From: Candidatus Poribacteria bacterium
GTDB taxonomy: Bacteria; Poribacteria; WGA-4E; WGA-3G
Direction: 5' to 3'
Assembly (NCBI GenBank): GCA_965242965.1
Contig: OZ251518.1
Location: forward strand, 1,248,001 to 1,312,000
DNA length: 64,000 nt
Shown here: positions 51,247 to 61,059 of the stretch, piece after piece
Numbering within the stretch: the first letter of the stretch is position 1
Layout of the letters: every line of letters starts with the position of its first letter
The notes under the pieces: generated by a model
The model's input: only the letters and a program-made list of their open reading frames with translations
The model's database searches: none
What the model was told of the DNA's origin: nothing
Made by a program: the position numbers and the translations under genes

Positions 51247-52212
51247 ATGGAAAAAGTAAAACTCGGTTTTATAGGCACAGGCGGCATGGCAGGCGCGCAC
51301 ATGCGGAACCTCAAGGACAACTTTGAGGATGTTGAATTCACCGCGATGTGCGATATCTCGGAAGACCGCGCCAAACAGCGCGCCCAAGAATTCGGCGGCA
51401 ACGCTTACACCGACTTCCGCGTCATGTACGACAAGGAAGACTTGAACGCTGTCTACATCTGCACGCCGCCGTTCGCGCACGGCGAACAAGAACGCATCGC
51501 TTGCGAACGCGGCATCGCCATGTTCATCGAGAAACCTATCCACTCGGAACTGGAACCAGCCGTGATTATCAATGATTACATTGAGCAGACCGGCGTGATT
51601 ACGAGCGTCGGTTACCATTGGCGTTACGGCGGCAACGCGCAAAACGCAAAGGCGATGCTTGATGCAGAACCGCAGATCCTCGGCGCACTCGGCTATTGGA
51701 TAGGCGGACTGCCCGGCACACCGTGGTGGCGCGTTCGCGCACAATCCGGCGGACAACACGTCGAACAGACGACGCACATCTTCGACTTGGCCCGATTCCT
51801 CATCGGCAGCGATGGCAAGACTGTGCACGGGGTCGCCGCCAGCGGCAGCATGACGAACATCCCCAACTACGATGTTGATGACATCAGCATGGTGAACATT
51901 GAGTTCCAAAACGGCACCGTCGCCAACATCGTCTCATCTTGTGCGATGGAAGGCTACGGACGCGTCCAATTGGAAGTGTTCTGCCGCGGCCTCGTCGTCA
52001 CCGTCGGCGGAGCGAACAACTTCAACCGCAAAGGGGAGACAGAACCGCTGTCCAGCGAAGGTGGGCAAGACCGGGATAGGGTGTTCATTGACGCAGTCAA
52101 GAGCGGCGACGGTTCAAAAATCCTGTCGTCCTATAGCGACGCGTTGCAAACGCTCCGCATCATGCTCGCCGCCAGCACCTCCTTCCGCACCGGCAAAGCC
52201 GTTGATTTGTAG
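51247..52212 (+). CDS. Gfo/Idh/MocA oxidoreductase
   Basis: GFIGTGG, FIEKP, SGG..VEQTTHIFD. Confidence 0.92.
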   Translation: MEKVKLGFIGTGGMAGAHMRNLKDNFEDVEFTAMCDISEDRAKQRAQEFGGNAYTDFRVMYDKEDLNAVYICTPPFAHGEQERIACERGIAMFIEKPIHSELEPAVIINDYIEQTGVITSVGYHWRYGGNAQNAKAMLDAEPQILGALGYWIGGLPGTPWWRVRAQSGGQHVEQTTHIFDLARFLIGSDGKTVHGVAASGSMTNIPNYDVDDISMVNIEFQNGTVANIVSSCAMEGYGRVQLEVFCRGLVVTVGGANNFNRKGETEPLSSEGGQDRDRVFIDAVKSGDGSKILSSYSDALQTLRIMLAASTSFRTGKAVDL

Positions 52213-52291
52213 GGAGAACCGTTTCGTTTGATGAAAACCGTTTGGAATTTTGCAATTTCAGATGAAGTTTCAGAATAAGTAAGGAGAACCG

Positions 52292-53050
52292 ATGGCAATT
52301 AACCAATCAATCTGTTTTGGCGGTTTCAGCCGCGGCGCGGAAAATCCCGAAGATGTCATCCGCAAAGCCGCTGAAATTGGCTATAAATCCGTTGAAATGC
52401 TCCCGGAGGCACTCTGGCCCGTCGTCCGCGATAACGGCATGCGCGTCGCGATTATCGTCGGACACGCCTCGCTACCCGATGGCTTAAACAAGCGCGAGAA
52501 CCACGATAGGATCGAGGACGAAATCCTCAAGAATATCGATATCGCCGCCGCGAATGACATCCCCGGCCTTATCTGCTTCTCCGGCAACCGCGAAGGGAAA
52601 TCGGAGGAAGAGGGACGCGATAACACGATAGAAGGGTTGTCGCGCGTCACCAAAGCCGCCGAGGAAAAGGGTGTGAACCTCTGCATCGAGTTGCTCAATA
52701 GCAAAGTCAATCACCCTGATTACCAGTGCGATAAGACAGAGTGGGGTGTGGAGGTGTGCAAGGGTGTCAACTCGCCGCGCGCGCTGTTGCTCTATGACAT
52801 CTACCACATGCAGATTATGGAGGGGGACCTCATCCGCAACATCACCGATTATAGCGACTATATCGGGCATTACCACACGGCGGGCAACCCTGGCCGCCGC
52901 GATCTGGATGACGAGCAGGAGATTTATTATCCCGCCGTCATGCGCGCCATCGCTAAGACAGGCTATGAACTCTACGTCGGACACGAATTCGGTCCCAAGG
53001 GCGAGCCTATCGCCGCGATGCAACACGCGTTTGATGTGTGTAACGTCTAA
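52292..53050 (+). CDS. Hydroxypyruvate isomerase family TIM-barrel protein
   Basis: ELLNSKVNHPDY, LYDIYHMQIMEGD, HYHTAGNPGR. Confidence 0.9.
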   Translation: MAINQSICFGGFSRGAENPEDVIRKAAEIGYKSVEMLPEALWPVVRDNGMRVAIIVGHASLPDGLNKRENHDRIEDEILKNIDIAAANDIPGLICFSGNREGKSEEEGRDNTIEGLSRVTKAAEEKGVNLCIELLNSKVNHPDYQCDKTEWGVEVCKGVNSPRALLLYDIYHMQIMEGDLIRNITDYSDYIGHYHTAGNPGRRDLDDEQEIYYPAVMRAIAKTGYELYVGHEFGPKGEPIAAMQHAFDVCNV

Positions 53051-53102
53051 CGCAGTTGGACTGTAGGCGCGTTTTGAAAGCGCGCCTACCCATAAAAACC
53101 TT

Positions 53103-53498
53103 ATGCAATTACCATTTGACGACTCCCCATTTGACGAGGTCTCGCTGCGTGGTGAAGGGCGGCAGAAACTCGCTGCTCTGCGCGAAACAGCGAAGGAACG
53201 GACAGAGGAGGATGGAAAGCCGGTCGCCGAGGGTGCGTATGGAGAAGCACTTTCGGTGCTGGCGCGCCTCTCCCGCTATCTCCCGTTCCCCGAACTGCAA
53301 ATTTTGGACGATGGCGCGATCTGCATGGAATGGTTCCCCAGGAAGGGGGTAATTACCGTCAACGTCTATGGCGATGGGCTCGTCTTTTTCGCAGCAACAT
53401 GGGGCAAACCGAGCAGGATTACCGGCGTTTCCGAACTCTCCGATCCGCTCATCTTACCCAATGTCCTCAAAATGGTGAATGACTCATTTCGGAGGTAG
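53103..53498 (+). CDS. Hypothetical protein (domain shared with 56188-56952 and 57694-58404)
   Basis: PELQILDDGAICMEW...NVYGDGLV. Confidence 0.7.
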   Translation: MQLPFDDSPFDEVSLRGEGRQKLAALRETAKERTEEDGKPVAEGAYGEALSVLARLSRYLPFPELQILDDGAICMEWFPRKGVITVNVYGDGLVFFAATWGKPSRITGVSELSDPLILPNVLKMVNDSFRR

Positions 53499-53538
53499 CG
53501 GGCCCATCGCTGTTCGCTAAAATTAAGGAGATTTCATT

Positions 53539-55119
53539 TTGAAATTCAGACCAATAACCAAACTCGCGTTTTTACTGTCGCTTATCGTGCTGGCGGCAGG
53601 ATTTTCCGCCTGCGAGAGAATGCAGCACGTCATGGCACCGGAGGCACCGGAGGCACCGCATCAAATGATAGGTGCAGGGGCTGAGGTTTCCATAGGATTG
53701 GCTGTGCATCTGACAGGTGCTTTCGAGTCAACCAGCGGCCTCGTCATGAAACGAGGTGCAGAATTGGCGTTGGAGGAACTGAACGCTATCCATGAGGGCG
53801 TTGCGACGTTGTCCTTTATCGTTGAAGACAGCGGCAGCACCCCGGAGGGTGGCATCGCCGCTTATACCAAACTGATTAAGGAGCACGGGGTGACGACTAT
53901 CCTCGGTCCGACGACTTCGACGGTTGCCAGTGCGGCGTTTCCGGTTGCGCAAGAAAACAGCGTTGTGGCATTAAGTCCGACTTCCGCTGCGCGTGGCATC
54001 AGCGCGCTCGGCGAATTCCTCTTCCGCAACAGCCTCACCGTTGATAGGCTTATCCCGGGCGGAGTCGCCGAAACGAAGGCGAAATTGGGGTATCAGCGCG
54101 TCGTGACGCTCTATGATAGTGCCGATGTCTTCTCGCAGAGCAGCGATGAAGTCTTGCAAGAGGCACTGCAGGAAAACGGCGTTGAGGTTCTCGCTACCGA
54201 AACCTTTGAATTCGGGGATAGAGATTTCTCAGCGCAGTTGACCCGGATAAAGGCACTCAACCCCGATGCCATCTTCATCTCCGCGCAGACAACGGAGACG
54301 ACAGAGGTGATTATCCAAGCTCGCCAGATGGGCATCCCGATTGAAGTGCCGTTTATCTCCAGTCTCACGCTGACTATCAGCGAGATTGAGCGCGCCGCCG
54401 GTGCCGCCGAGGGGACAATCGCGTTTACGAGTTGGAGTAGCACGGCGGATACCCCCGGCAATCAGGAATTCGTTGCAAACTATCGCGCGAAATATGGTGC
54501 AGAACCGAACGTCTTCGCTGCGCAGTCGTATGCCGCTGTTTACATCTTAGCCAAAGCGATAGCCGATGCACGCATAACCGATGCCGCGGCCATCCAACAG
54601 GCGATGGCGAACATCAAAGATTTTGACACGGTTCTCGGCACATTCTCCTTTGACGAAAACGGGGATGGAGTTTACATGCCGGTGACGCTCATCGTCAAGG
54701 ATGGCAAACTTGTGCCTTTTGAAGCGGAGATGGAAAAACCCCGAGATCATCTCTGGGTAGTCAACCAAGACGGTGTTGAGGTAGGGGTGCCTGGGACGTG
54801 GAAACTCATCTCAAGCACGCATCCGAATTCCGCCTTTACCATCGGCGAGACCTTCACCTTGCCGCCTGCACTGCCGCACAAGGTGATGCAAACGGATAGT
54901 CTCTACACCGATAGTGAGGGGCGGCTATGGACGATGGGATATATCACGCGCGCCGATGACTCGCAGCTCAAGTTCCTGCAGTGGGTTGATATGCGTGTTT
55001 CTCCGGAGCAGTTGCACGTCATTTTCAGAACGGATGCCGAGGGTGTGCCGTTGTTGGAGTATGGCACTGAGCCGTTTGATGCACCGGAACACGACGTGCA
55101 AGTCTGGGAGAAGCAGTAG
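53539..55119 (+). CDS. Branched-chain amino acid ABC substrate-binding lipoprotein with C-terminal extension
   Basis: FSAC lipobox; LivJ-like motifs DFSAQLTRIK, VLGTFSFDENGD; TTG start after AAGGAG. Confidence 0.88.
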   Translation: MKFRPITKLAFLLSLIVLAAGFSACERMQHVMAPEAPEAPHQMIGAGAEVSIGLAVHLTGAFESTSGLVMKRGAELALEELNAIHEGVATLSFIVEDSGSTPEGGIAAYTKLIKEHGVTTILGPTTSTVASAAFPVAQENSVVALSPTSAARGISALGEFLFRNSLTVDRLIPGGVAETKAKLGYQRVVTLYDSADVFSQSSDEVLQEALQENGVEVLATETFEFGDRDFSAQLTRIKALNPDAIFISAQTTETTEVIIQARQMGIPIEVPFISSLTLTISEIERAAGAAEGTIAFTSWSSTADTPGNQEFVANYRAKYGAEPNVFAAQSYAAVYILAKAIADARITDAAAIQQAMANIKDFDTVLGTFSFDENGDGVYMPVTLIVKDGKLVPFEAEMEKPRDHLWVVNQDGVEVGVPGTWKLISSTHPNSAFTIGETFTLPPALPHKVMQTDSLYTDSEGRLWTMGYITRADDSQLKFLQWVDMRVSPEQLHVIFRTDAEGVPLLEYGTEPFDAPEHDVQVWEKQ

Positions 55120-55151
55120 AAACCTTCCCAAATCTTGTCGCCTATCAATTT

Positions 55152-55275
55152 CGTAGGGCGAGGGCCTGTCCCTCGCCATGCTGCGTGCCATCTTTCCCGT
55201 AGGGCGAGGGCCTGTCCCTCGCCTTGCTAGGCAGGTCCGTCGTTCCCGTAGGGCGAGGGCCTGTCCCTCGCCATG
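55152..55275. repeat. Three direct REP copies
   Basis: cgtagggcgagggcctgtccctcgcc x3. Confidence 0.9.
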
Positions 55276-55378
55276 CTTCGGAAAATTATCTTGCATTTCA
55301 TGCAAACTTGTGTTAAAATTAACGTGTGCGTGGTTTATTAACGCGCGCTTTATTTTGATTTCAGATAGGTGAAACATA

Positions 55379-56191
55379 ATGGATACCCTGCAGAGGAAAC
55401 TTAATTTCGCGAGGCCGCCTATAGAGGAGGTGGTGCTGAGTGTGCTTTTCAATCCGCTTGACAGGCTGCTTGCCCCGCACCTTGGCGAAATCTGGCAGGA
55501 ATTTAAGAAGGACGGTTTTGTGCACATCGTAGAGCAGCCGCCGGTTCCTCCCGCGGTGGAAATGCCGGTTTCTGCACAAGAAGCACAGCTGCGTATTGGG
55601 TACGTTCCCGACCTTGCGCGGATTTGCTTTATCCACCAAACCGACACCGAGATTATCCAGGTGCAACGTGACCGGTTTACGTTCAATTGGCGTAAAACCG
55701 AACAGCATCCTGTCTATCCCGGATTCACGGCTATTTGCGAAAAATTTGAAGATTTCTATAACCGTTTTGGCAAAGTCATCAAAAACATGCAAATCGGCGA
55801 AGTGACTCCGTCGCAATACGAGTTAACCCATATCAACCAACTCAGGCACAGGGAAAGTTGGAACACGCTTGATGACATAGGGAAAATTTACACCCTATTT
55901 AGCCATTCTTCCCAAACGCAGTCGTTTTGGTCTGGTATGGAATCCGTGAATTTCCATGCATCATTTCCTGTTGCAGATTTACACGGCCGGTTACACCTTG
56001 CGCTAAGTAATCGGATAAAGTTGCCGGAAGAACTGCAAACGCTGCAAACCGATTTCACCGTGCGTGGTTTCCCGGAAGGGACAGAAGACGCTGTGATTGC
56101 GTGGTTTAAGTCAGCCCGGGACCACATTCGCGAAAAATTCGCTAGTATGTTCACTGATGACATCCAAACGCGGATATGGGGGAGTAAATGA
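55379..56191 (+). CDS. TIGR04255-like protein
   Basis: F.RPPIEEVVLSVLF, IIQVQRDRFTFNWRK, YPGF, LTHINQL. Confidence 0.75.
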   Translation: MDTLQRKLNFARPPIEEVVLSVLFNPLDRLLAPHLGEIWQEFKKDGFVHIVEQPPVPPAVEMPVSAQEAQLRIGYVPDLARICFIHQTDTEIIQVQRDRFTFNWRKTEQHPVYPGFTAICEKFEDFYNRFGKVIKNMQIGEVTPSQYELTHINQLRHRESWNTLDDIGKIYTLFSHSSQTQSFWSGMESVNFHASFPVADLHGRLHLALSNRIKLPEELQTLQTDFTVRGFPEGTEDAVIAWFKSARDHIREKFASMFTDDIQTRIWGSK

Positions 56192-56952
56192 TGACCGGAA
56201 GCAGTAGGCATCCCTCACTTTTTTGGGATCCTCGTAACCAAGTGGATTCAGCACTCATGAGCCGTTCTGAGGCACAACCATCAACAGTTTATAGCGGAGG
56301 GTTGCAAACTCACGAGAATAACCTTCCAATAGCAGCTGATGTGGAGGTGCGCTACCGGTCCCCAGGAGGGGGCTCACATTTCCTCTTGTCGGCTAATGCG
56401 CGACGATGGTTAGAGGAAATCCGGTCGGAGGCAGAAAAGGCTTATGCTATGGATTCAGCACTCATGAGCCGTTCTGAGGCACAATCATCAACAGCTTATA
56501 GCGGAGGGTTGCAAACTCACAAGTCTGACCTTCCAATGCGGGATAATCTGGGGAGATTCGGTCTGTTTCCAAGAGTTGACTTACATTTCCTTTTGTCGGA
56601 TAATGTGCTGAGACATTTAAAGGAAATCCGGTCGGAGGCAGAAAAGGCTTATGCGTCGGATAGCGAAATCGATCCTATTCGGGATTCGGCGTATGACGAT
56701 GCCTATCTTTTACTGCAGAAACTTCTTCAGCGTAATATCCCTATGCCAGAAATCGGTTGGGCGGCGGATGGCAGCCTCGGATTTGAATGGCGGCCGGGGA
56801 ACGGCATCGCCACGATGGGTATATATGGGGATAGCCTTGTCATCTACGGTGCCTTTTTCGAGGACAAACGCCAAGTCGAAGGTGTCTGCGCGTTATCAGA
56901 TGGGGTAATGTTGTCAGGTTTCTTAGAAACCTTGTTAGCCCTCCTCTTTTAA
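56188..56952 (+). CDS. Hypothetical protein with 69-aa internal duplication
   Basis: ATGA overlap with the upstream gene; 207-bp tandem repeat; PEIGWAADGSLGFEW. Confidence 0.75.
   Translation: MMTGSSRHPSLFWDPRNQVDSALMSRSEAQPSTVYSGGLQTHENNLPIAADVEVRYRSPGGGSHFLLSANARRWLEEIRSEAEKAYAMDSALMSRSEAQSSTAYSGGLQTHKSDLPMRDNLGRFGLFPRVDLHFLLSDNVLRHLKEIRSEAEKAYASDSEIDPIRDSAYDDAYLLLQKLLQRNIPMPEIGWAADGSLGFEWRPGNGIATMGIYGDSLVIYGAFFEDKRQVEGVCALSDGVMLSGFLETLLALLF
56243..56656 (+). repeat. 207-bp intragenic tandem duplication
   Basis: Ends near-identical, middle diverged. Confidence 0.9.
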
Positions 56953-57082
56953 TAACGGTGGAATTGGCGCGAAAATCTCTATCCTCGGTAGGCGCGCTTT
57001 GTAAGCGTGTACGTAACTACAGATGCGCGGTTGAAAACTGCGCCTACCGGGTTCGTTTTGCGTAAATTCTGAAGGAGTTGAT

Positions 57083-57484
57083 ATGAAGGTTTCGCCAGAT
57101 GAGAAAATTACCCGTTTTATCCGTTATGGCAGCCATTTTTCTGTTGTGAATAACACGGTTAGACACGAAGCGTTTCTTCCCCATAAGAAAAGTGTCGATC
57201 TGTCTGTGTTTCGTATCTCGTTCCTTTCTGACAACGAAGAAGTCTGGGCGATTGGACAGGAATATGTCCAACGCGGAGGAGCCCCTATAAAAGCGCGAGC
57301 AGATCTTTCCGTTAGCGATGTTTACGAGAATGGGCTTGAAGTTGTTCCAGACACACAAAATCATGAACTTCATGCCAATATCACGCCTTTTCCTGCAGAA
57401 AATAGCCTTGCTGATAGAAAAATTCGTCGAGCCGTTGCAAGGAGACTTGCTCTTGTTAGTGAATTGGTCCTACCACCCGACTAG
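57083..57484 (+). CDS. Hypothetical protein, possible ART/RES-like toxin
   Basis: AAGGAG RBS; E.ITRF...AF...LSVFR...HANI pattern. Confidence 0.55.
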   Translation: MKVSPDEKITRFIRYGSHFSVVNNTVRHEAFLPHKKSVDLSVFRISFLSDNEEVWAIGQEYVQRGGAPIKARADLSVSDVYENGLEVVPDTQNHELHANITPFPAENSLADRKIRRAVARRLALVSELVLPPD

Positions 57485-57693
57485 ATTTGCTTCTATATCT
57501 GCTCGTTTTTGGCGAGGAGAAGAACCGAGAGTAAGAACAGCTGCCCTAACAAGCCGGGCCGGAAAATTGGAATTGAGATGTTCCGGATAGGCAGAAAATT
57601 CGTTTTGCATTTAACGTGGTTCTATGGTAAAATTGAGGTGTGCGTGATGTAGGAACGCGCGCTTTATTGAAACCGTGGGATAGGTAACCGAAA

Positions 57694-58404
57694 ATGAAAG
57701 CGTTAGAAAACCAATTTGATTTCGTGCCTGCACCCGCTGACGATGTGCTGTTTACAAAGCAGGTGCTACGAGAATTAGAGGACATCCGCGAGGAAGTCAA
57801 AGAAGCTTGCTCATTGGATAGTGGTGCCGCACCGGTTCCAGATGCTGCTTATGAGGAAACCTTGAATTTTCTGCAGCAGATGTCTCGTGGTATCCCTCTG
57901 CCCGACATCATGTGGTTGGAAGATGGCGGTATCGGGTTGGAATGGCGACCGGGGGATGGCATCGCAACGGTAAGTCTTTATGGCGATGGGCTCGTCATCT
58001 ACGGGGCAACGTGGAAAGGTTCACGTAGGATTAGCGGGACTTGTCCACTATCAGATCCCATCCTCTTACCTCATTTCGTGAATGTGTTAAGGGAATTTTT
58101 TCGGCAGGTGGCGGGTGGAGCAGAAGGTGAAAACTTTGAAATCCAAATCACGCTGCCGCTTAAACATGTCCTACCGCAGCACAAAACGAACGCGGCAGAC
58201 AAGGCGAAAGAGGCTTTTGTGCTTGAACTCCTTCGACAAGGTGGAATTAGTGCTGGCAGAGCCGCCTCGCTTCTTAACATTTCCCGATGGACACTTTCGG
58301 ATTTGATGTTTGAAGCTGGCATTTCCCCTTTTGATGATAGCCTTACCCCTGAAGCCTTCGCTGCAGAAGTCGCGGATGCCTTAAAGGATTTCGATGAACC
58401 CTAG
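57694..58404 (+). CDS. Unknown domain fused to UPF0175-like HTH domain
   Basis: PDIMWLEDGGIGLEW; C-terminal LLRQGGISAGRAASLLNISRW. Confidence 0.7.
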   Translation: MKALENQFDFVPAPADDVLFTKQVLRELEDIREEVKEACSLDSGAAPVPDAAYEETLNFLQQMSRGIPLPDIMWLEDGGIGLEWRPGDGIATVSLYGDGLVIYGATWKGSRRISGTCPLSDPILLPHFVNVLREFFRQVAGGAEGENFEIQITLPLKHVLPQHKTNAADKAKEAFVLELLRQGGISAGRAASLLNISRWTLSDLMFEAGISPFDDSLTPEAFAAEVADALKDFDEP

Positions 58405-58431
58405 ATGCTAGAATTAGGAGAAAATCACTAA

Positions 58432-61059
58432 ATGCCAAACAGCCCACACGCTCCCAAAACCCAACCCTACAAAACCGCAACGCATCTCCTTGAAACCCTT
58501 ATCGGCGACAAGCTAGCGGATGCCGTTGAAGATACATCTGCGCTTGAAACGTTCCTCAAGACGCTACCTGCCGATGCCCTTGAACGTTACCTCGTTCCGC
58601 AGTGGGTTGTCCTCGCCGCAGGTAAAGGCACTCGCATCGACACGAGCGGCCGGTTAAGCAAGACGCTAGACATCATGTTCGGCGCGCAGAATACGCTCCA
58701 ACTCTCTCGCCGATCTCTCCCCGGCAACCGGCCGCACATCGTCGTCATTAACCCACAGATGGCAGAACGAGAAGATACGCATCTGTTCAAGCCCGATGCA
58801 ATCTTATGCGTTCAATCCGAAATGAACGGCACCGGCGGCGCGCTGCAAGCCGCACTCCCCGAAATTCAGAAATCCGATGCCGAATGGATTGGCGTTTCCT
58901 TCGGCGATGAACCTTTTTTGGAAAAAGCGATTTTTGTCCAAACCTTGCTCTCCCACTTTGTGTCAGGCGCAGATGTCACGCTGTGCGGCAAGATGCCAGA
59001 GACGGTTGTCGATAAAGGCGGACTCTTCTTCGATGCTGATGGCAAACTTGTCTGCACCAAAGAGTGGTATGATATGACAGCGGCGGAAAAGGCGGCGATG
59101 TGGCACCGCTGGGAGCACGGCGAGGCGTATACCAACACCGGCATCACGCTCATTCGGAAATCGGCGTTGTTGGAACGCATCCATCGGTTGCAACCCCACA
59201 AAAATCGGAAAGATGAACTGCATCACGTCGATTTGGTGCGCCTCTGTTATGAGGACGGACTCAAAACAAATGCCTTTATCTATCGCAGCAAGGTGCTGTC
59301 GGGTGTCAACCGCTGGACAAACGTGTTAATGGGTGAAACGAAATTGTTTGAGGAAACCCGGGAGATGTTGGCACAGAGGGGTGTCCGCGTAGACCCGGGC
59401 GCGCAGATTACTTTGGAAAGCGAAGACGTTCACATCGGCACGGGATGTTACCTCCTCGGAAGGGTGCATCTCGGCAAGAACGTTCGGATTGGAAGTTACT
59501 GCCGGCTTGAAAACGTCACTCTCCTCGGCGCGACGAACGTCGGCGATGCAGTCGGGTTGGAGGATGTCTCCGCGCAGGATACGACGTTCACGGCGAATCC
59601 CTTACCGGAACCGCTGAGAGACAACTTTGTATCGCGTCGGTTGCGAGTGCATCGTGCAACGCCGCATGTGACGCTATCGGCACCAATCCGTGGACTCGCC
59701 ACGCCGAGCCCCATTAAAAATTGCACATTTGATGCAGTGGCGGTAGGAAGCGGCGTTTGCCTATCAGCAATTCAGGCGTATGCCACCGTAATCCCGGCTG
59801 ACATCAATATGGCAAATCGGACGCTAGGCGTGCCGCCGCGACAATCGCCACTTGAGGTGCCATCGGCAACTTTCAAGCGAATTATTCCATCGGATTACCG
59901 GCCCGGGGTATTTACTCTGGGTGAAAAGCGAGAACTGCCGGATTGGGAAGCACTGCGGCAGCACGTGCAATCACACAGCGAGATGGAATTGATTCCGCGC
60001 GCAACGCGCAATCAGCATCTGCAACAGGTGACAGGTGAAGCTGTCAAAACCTTGCTGGATATGCAACGAGACGATGGGAGTTATCTGATTGAGGTGCTGA
60101 CCCCGGAGGAGTTATGGGGAAGCATCTTTGAGATGGTGACGCTCCACACCGGCAACCCGAATCCGTATCATGCCGATAAACAGCAGGCGCGACAAACAGC
60201 GATGGATTTGCTCAAACCTGGGGGAATGTCAAGCATGTCACTAAGTGCCGGTGTTTGGCGAAACGATTGGTTAGAACAATTAAAATTAGTCGTCGCTGGA
60301 AATATCATCGATTACAGCAGCGCGCGGGTTGTCGCCAAGTTGAAAGAGAATCCCGACTACTTCTCCGATGCACTACAGGCATCGGTTAAAACGCCTTTTG
60401 CGATTGATTGCTTCGCGCAATTCCGAGAAATGGTTATTGCTGATTCTCCCGCTAGTTTCCTCTCAGGGGAGTTCCGGCAATTCCGCGCAGAAGCTGCCGA
60501 CGGTTCTCCCAAGCAAATCCTCTGGCTCGCCGATAACGATGGCGAAGCAGTCTTTGATATCGCCTTTATTCAAAACCTAGTGGAACTCGGACACCGCGTC
60601 TGTGTTGTCGGCAAAGCCGATAACGCCAGCAACGATGCGACGGTGGCTGATCTTCGTGAAATCGCCAATTATACACAATTTAAGTTATCCATATCAGACT
60701 ATCTTGGGGAAAACAGTTATCCACAATTCCGGAACCTTCAATTGGCTATTAGAGATGGCGTTGTCACCTTCATCTCTTCCGGCTCCAAAACCATCGGCAC
60801 GAATCTCTACCAAGCCACACCTGAATTTGCCAACGCCGTGATGGAGTCAGACCTGGTTATTTCAAAGGGACAAGGCAATTTCTTTACTACCTTTGGCTGG
60901 GCAAAGGATACCTTCTACCTGCTGCTTTCCAAAGGCTTAACTGCCGAGCAAAGCACCGGCGTTGTCGCCGATAAAACGCTGCCTGTTGATGGACTTATTT
61001 TGGCGTATGTGCCGGGAGGCACAGAAGTGGACGCAACGCTACGTGACATCTGTGGATAG
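58432..61059 (+). CDS. GlmU-like NTP transferase + beta-helix fused to DUF89/ARMT1-like phosphatase
   Basis: VLAAGKGTR, Q..MNGTGGA, GVN, GVRVDP hexapeptide-like region; NPYHADK, AGNIID, LADNDGE, NDAT, SKGQGNF. Confidence 0.8.
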   Translation: MPNSPHAPKTQPYKTATHLLETLIGDKLADAVEDTSALETFLKTLPADALERYLVPQWVVLAAGKGTRIDTSGRLSKTLDIMFGAQNTLQLSRRSLPGNRPHIVVINPQMAEREDTHLFKPDAILCVQSEMNGTGGALQAALPEIQKSDAEWIGVSFGDEPFLEKAIFVQTLLSHFVSGADVTLCGKMPETVVDKGGLFFDADGKLVCTKEWYDMTAAEKAAMWHRWEHGEAYTNTGITLIRKSALLERIHRLQPHKNRKDELHHVDLVRLCYEDGLKTNAFIYRSKVLSGVNRWTNVLMGETKLFEETREMLAQRGVRVDPGAQITLESEDVHIGTGCYLLGRVHLGKNVRIGSYCRLENVTLLGATNVGDAVGLEDVSAQDTTFTANPLPEPLRDNFVSRRLRVHRATPHVTLSAPIRGLATPSPIKNCTFDAVAVGSGVCLSAIQAYATVIPADINMANRTLGVPPRQSPLEVPSATFKRIIPSDYRPGVFTLGEKRELPDWEALRQHVQSHSEMELIPRATRNQHLQQVTGEAVKTLLDMQRDDGSYLIEVLTPEELWGSIFEMVTLHTGNPNPYHADKQQARQTAMDLLKPGGMSSMSLSAGVWRNDWLEQLKLVVAGNIIDYSSARVVAKLKENPDYFSDALQASVKTPFAIDCFAQFREMVIADSPASFLSGEFRQFRAEAADGSPKQILWLADNDGEAVFDIAFIQNLVELGHRVCVVGKADNASNDATVADLREIANYTQFKLSISDYLGENSYPQFRNLQLAIRDGVVTFISSGSKTIGTNLYQATPEFANAVMESDLVISKGQGNFFTTFGWAKDTFYLLLSKGLTAEQSTGVVADKTLPVDGLILAYVPGGTEVDATLRDICG

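Noticed and set aside
55152-55275. CRISPR array (three direct repeats with ~20-nt spacers)
   Set aside because: The repeat is the dispersed REP found throughout the window; no cas genes or leader.
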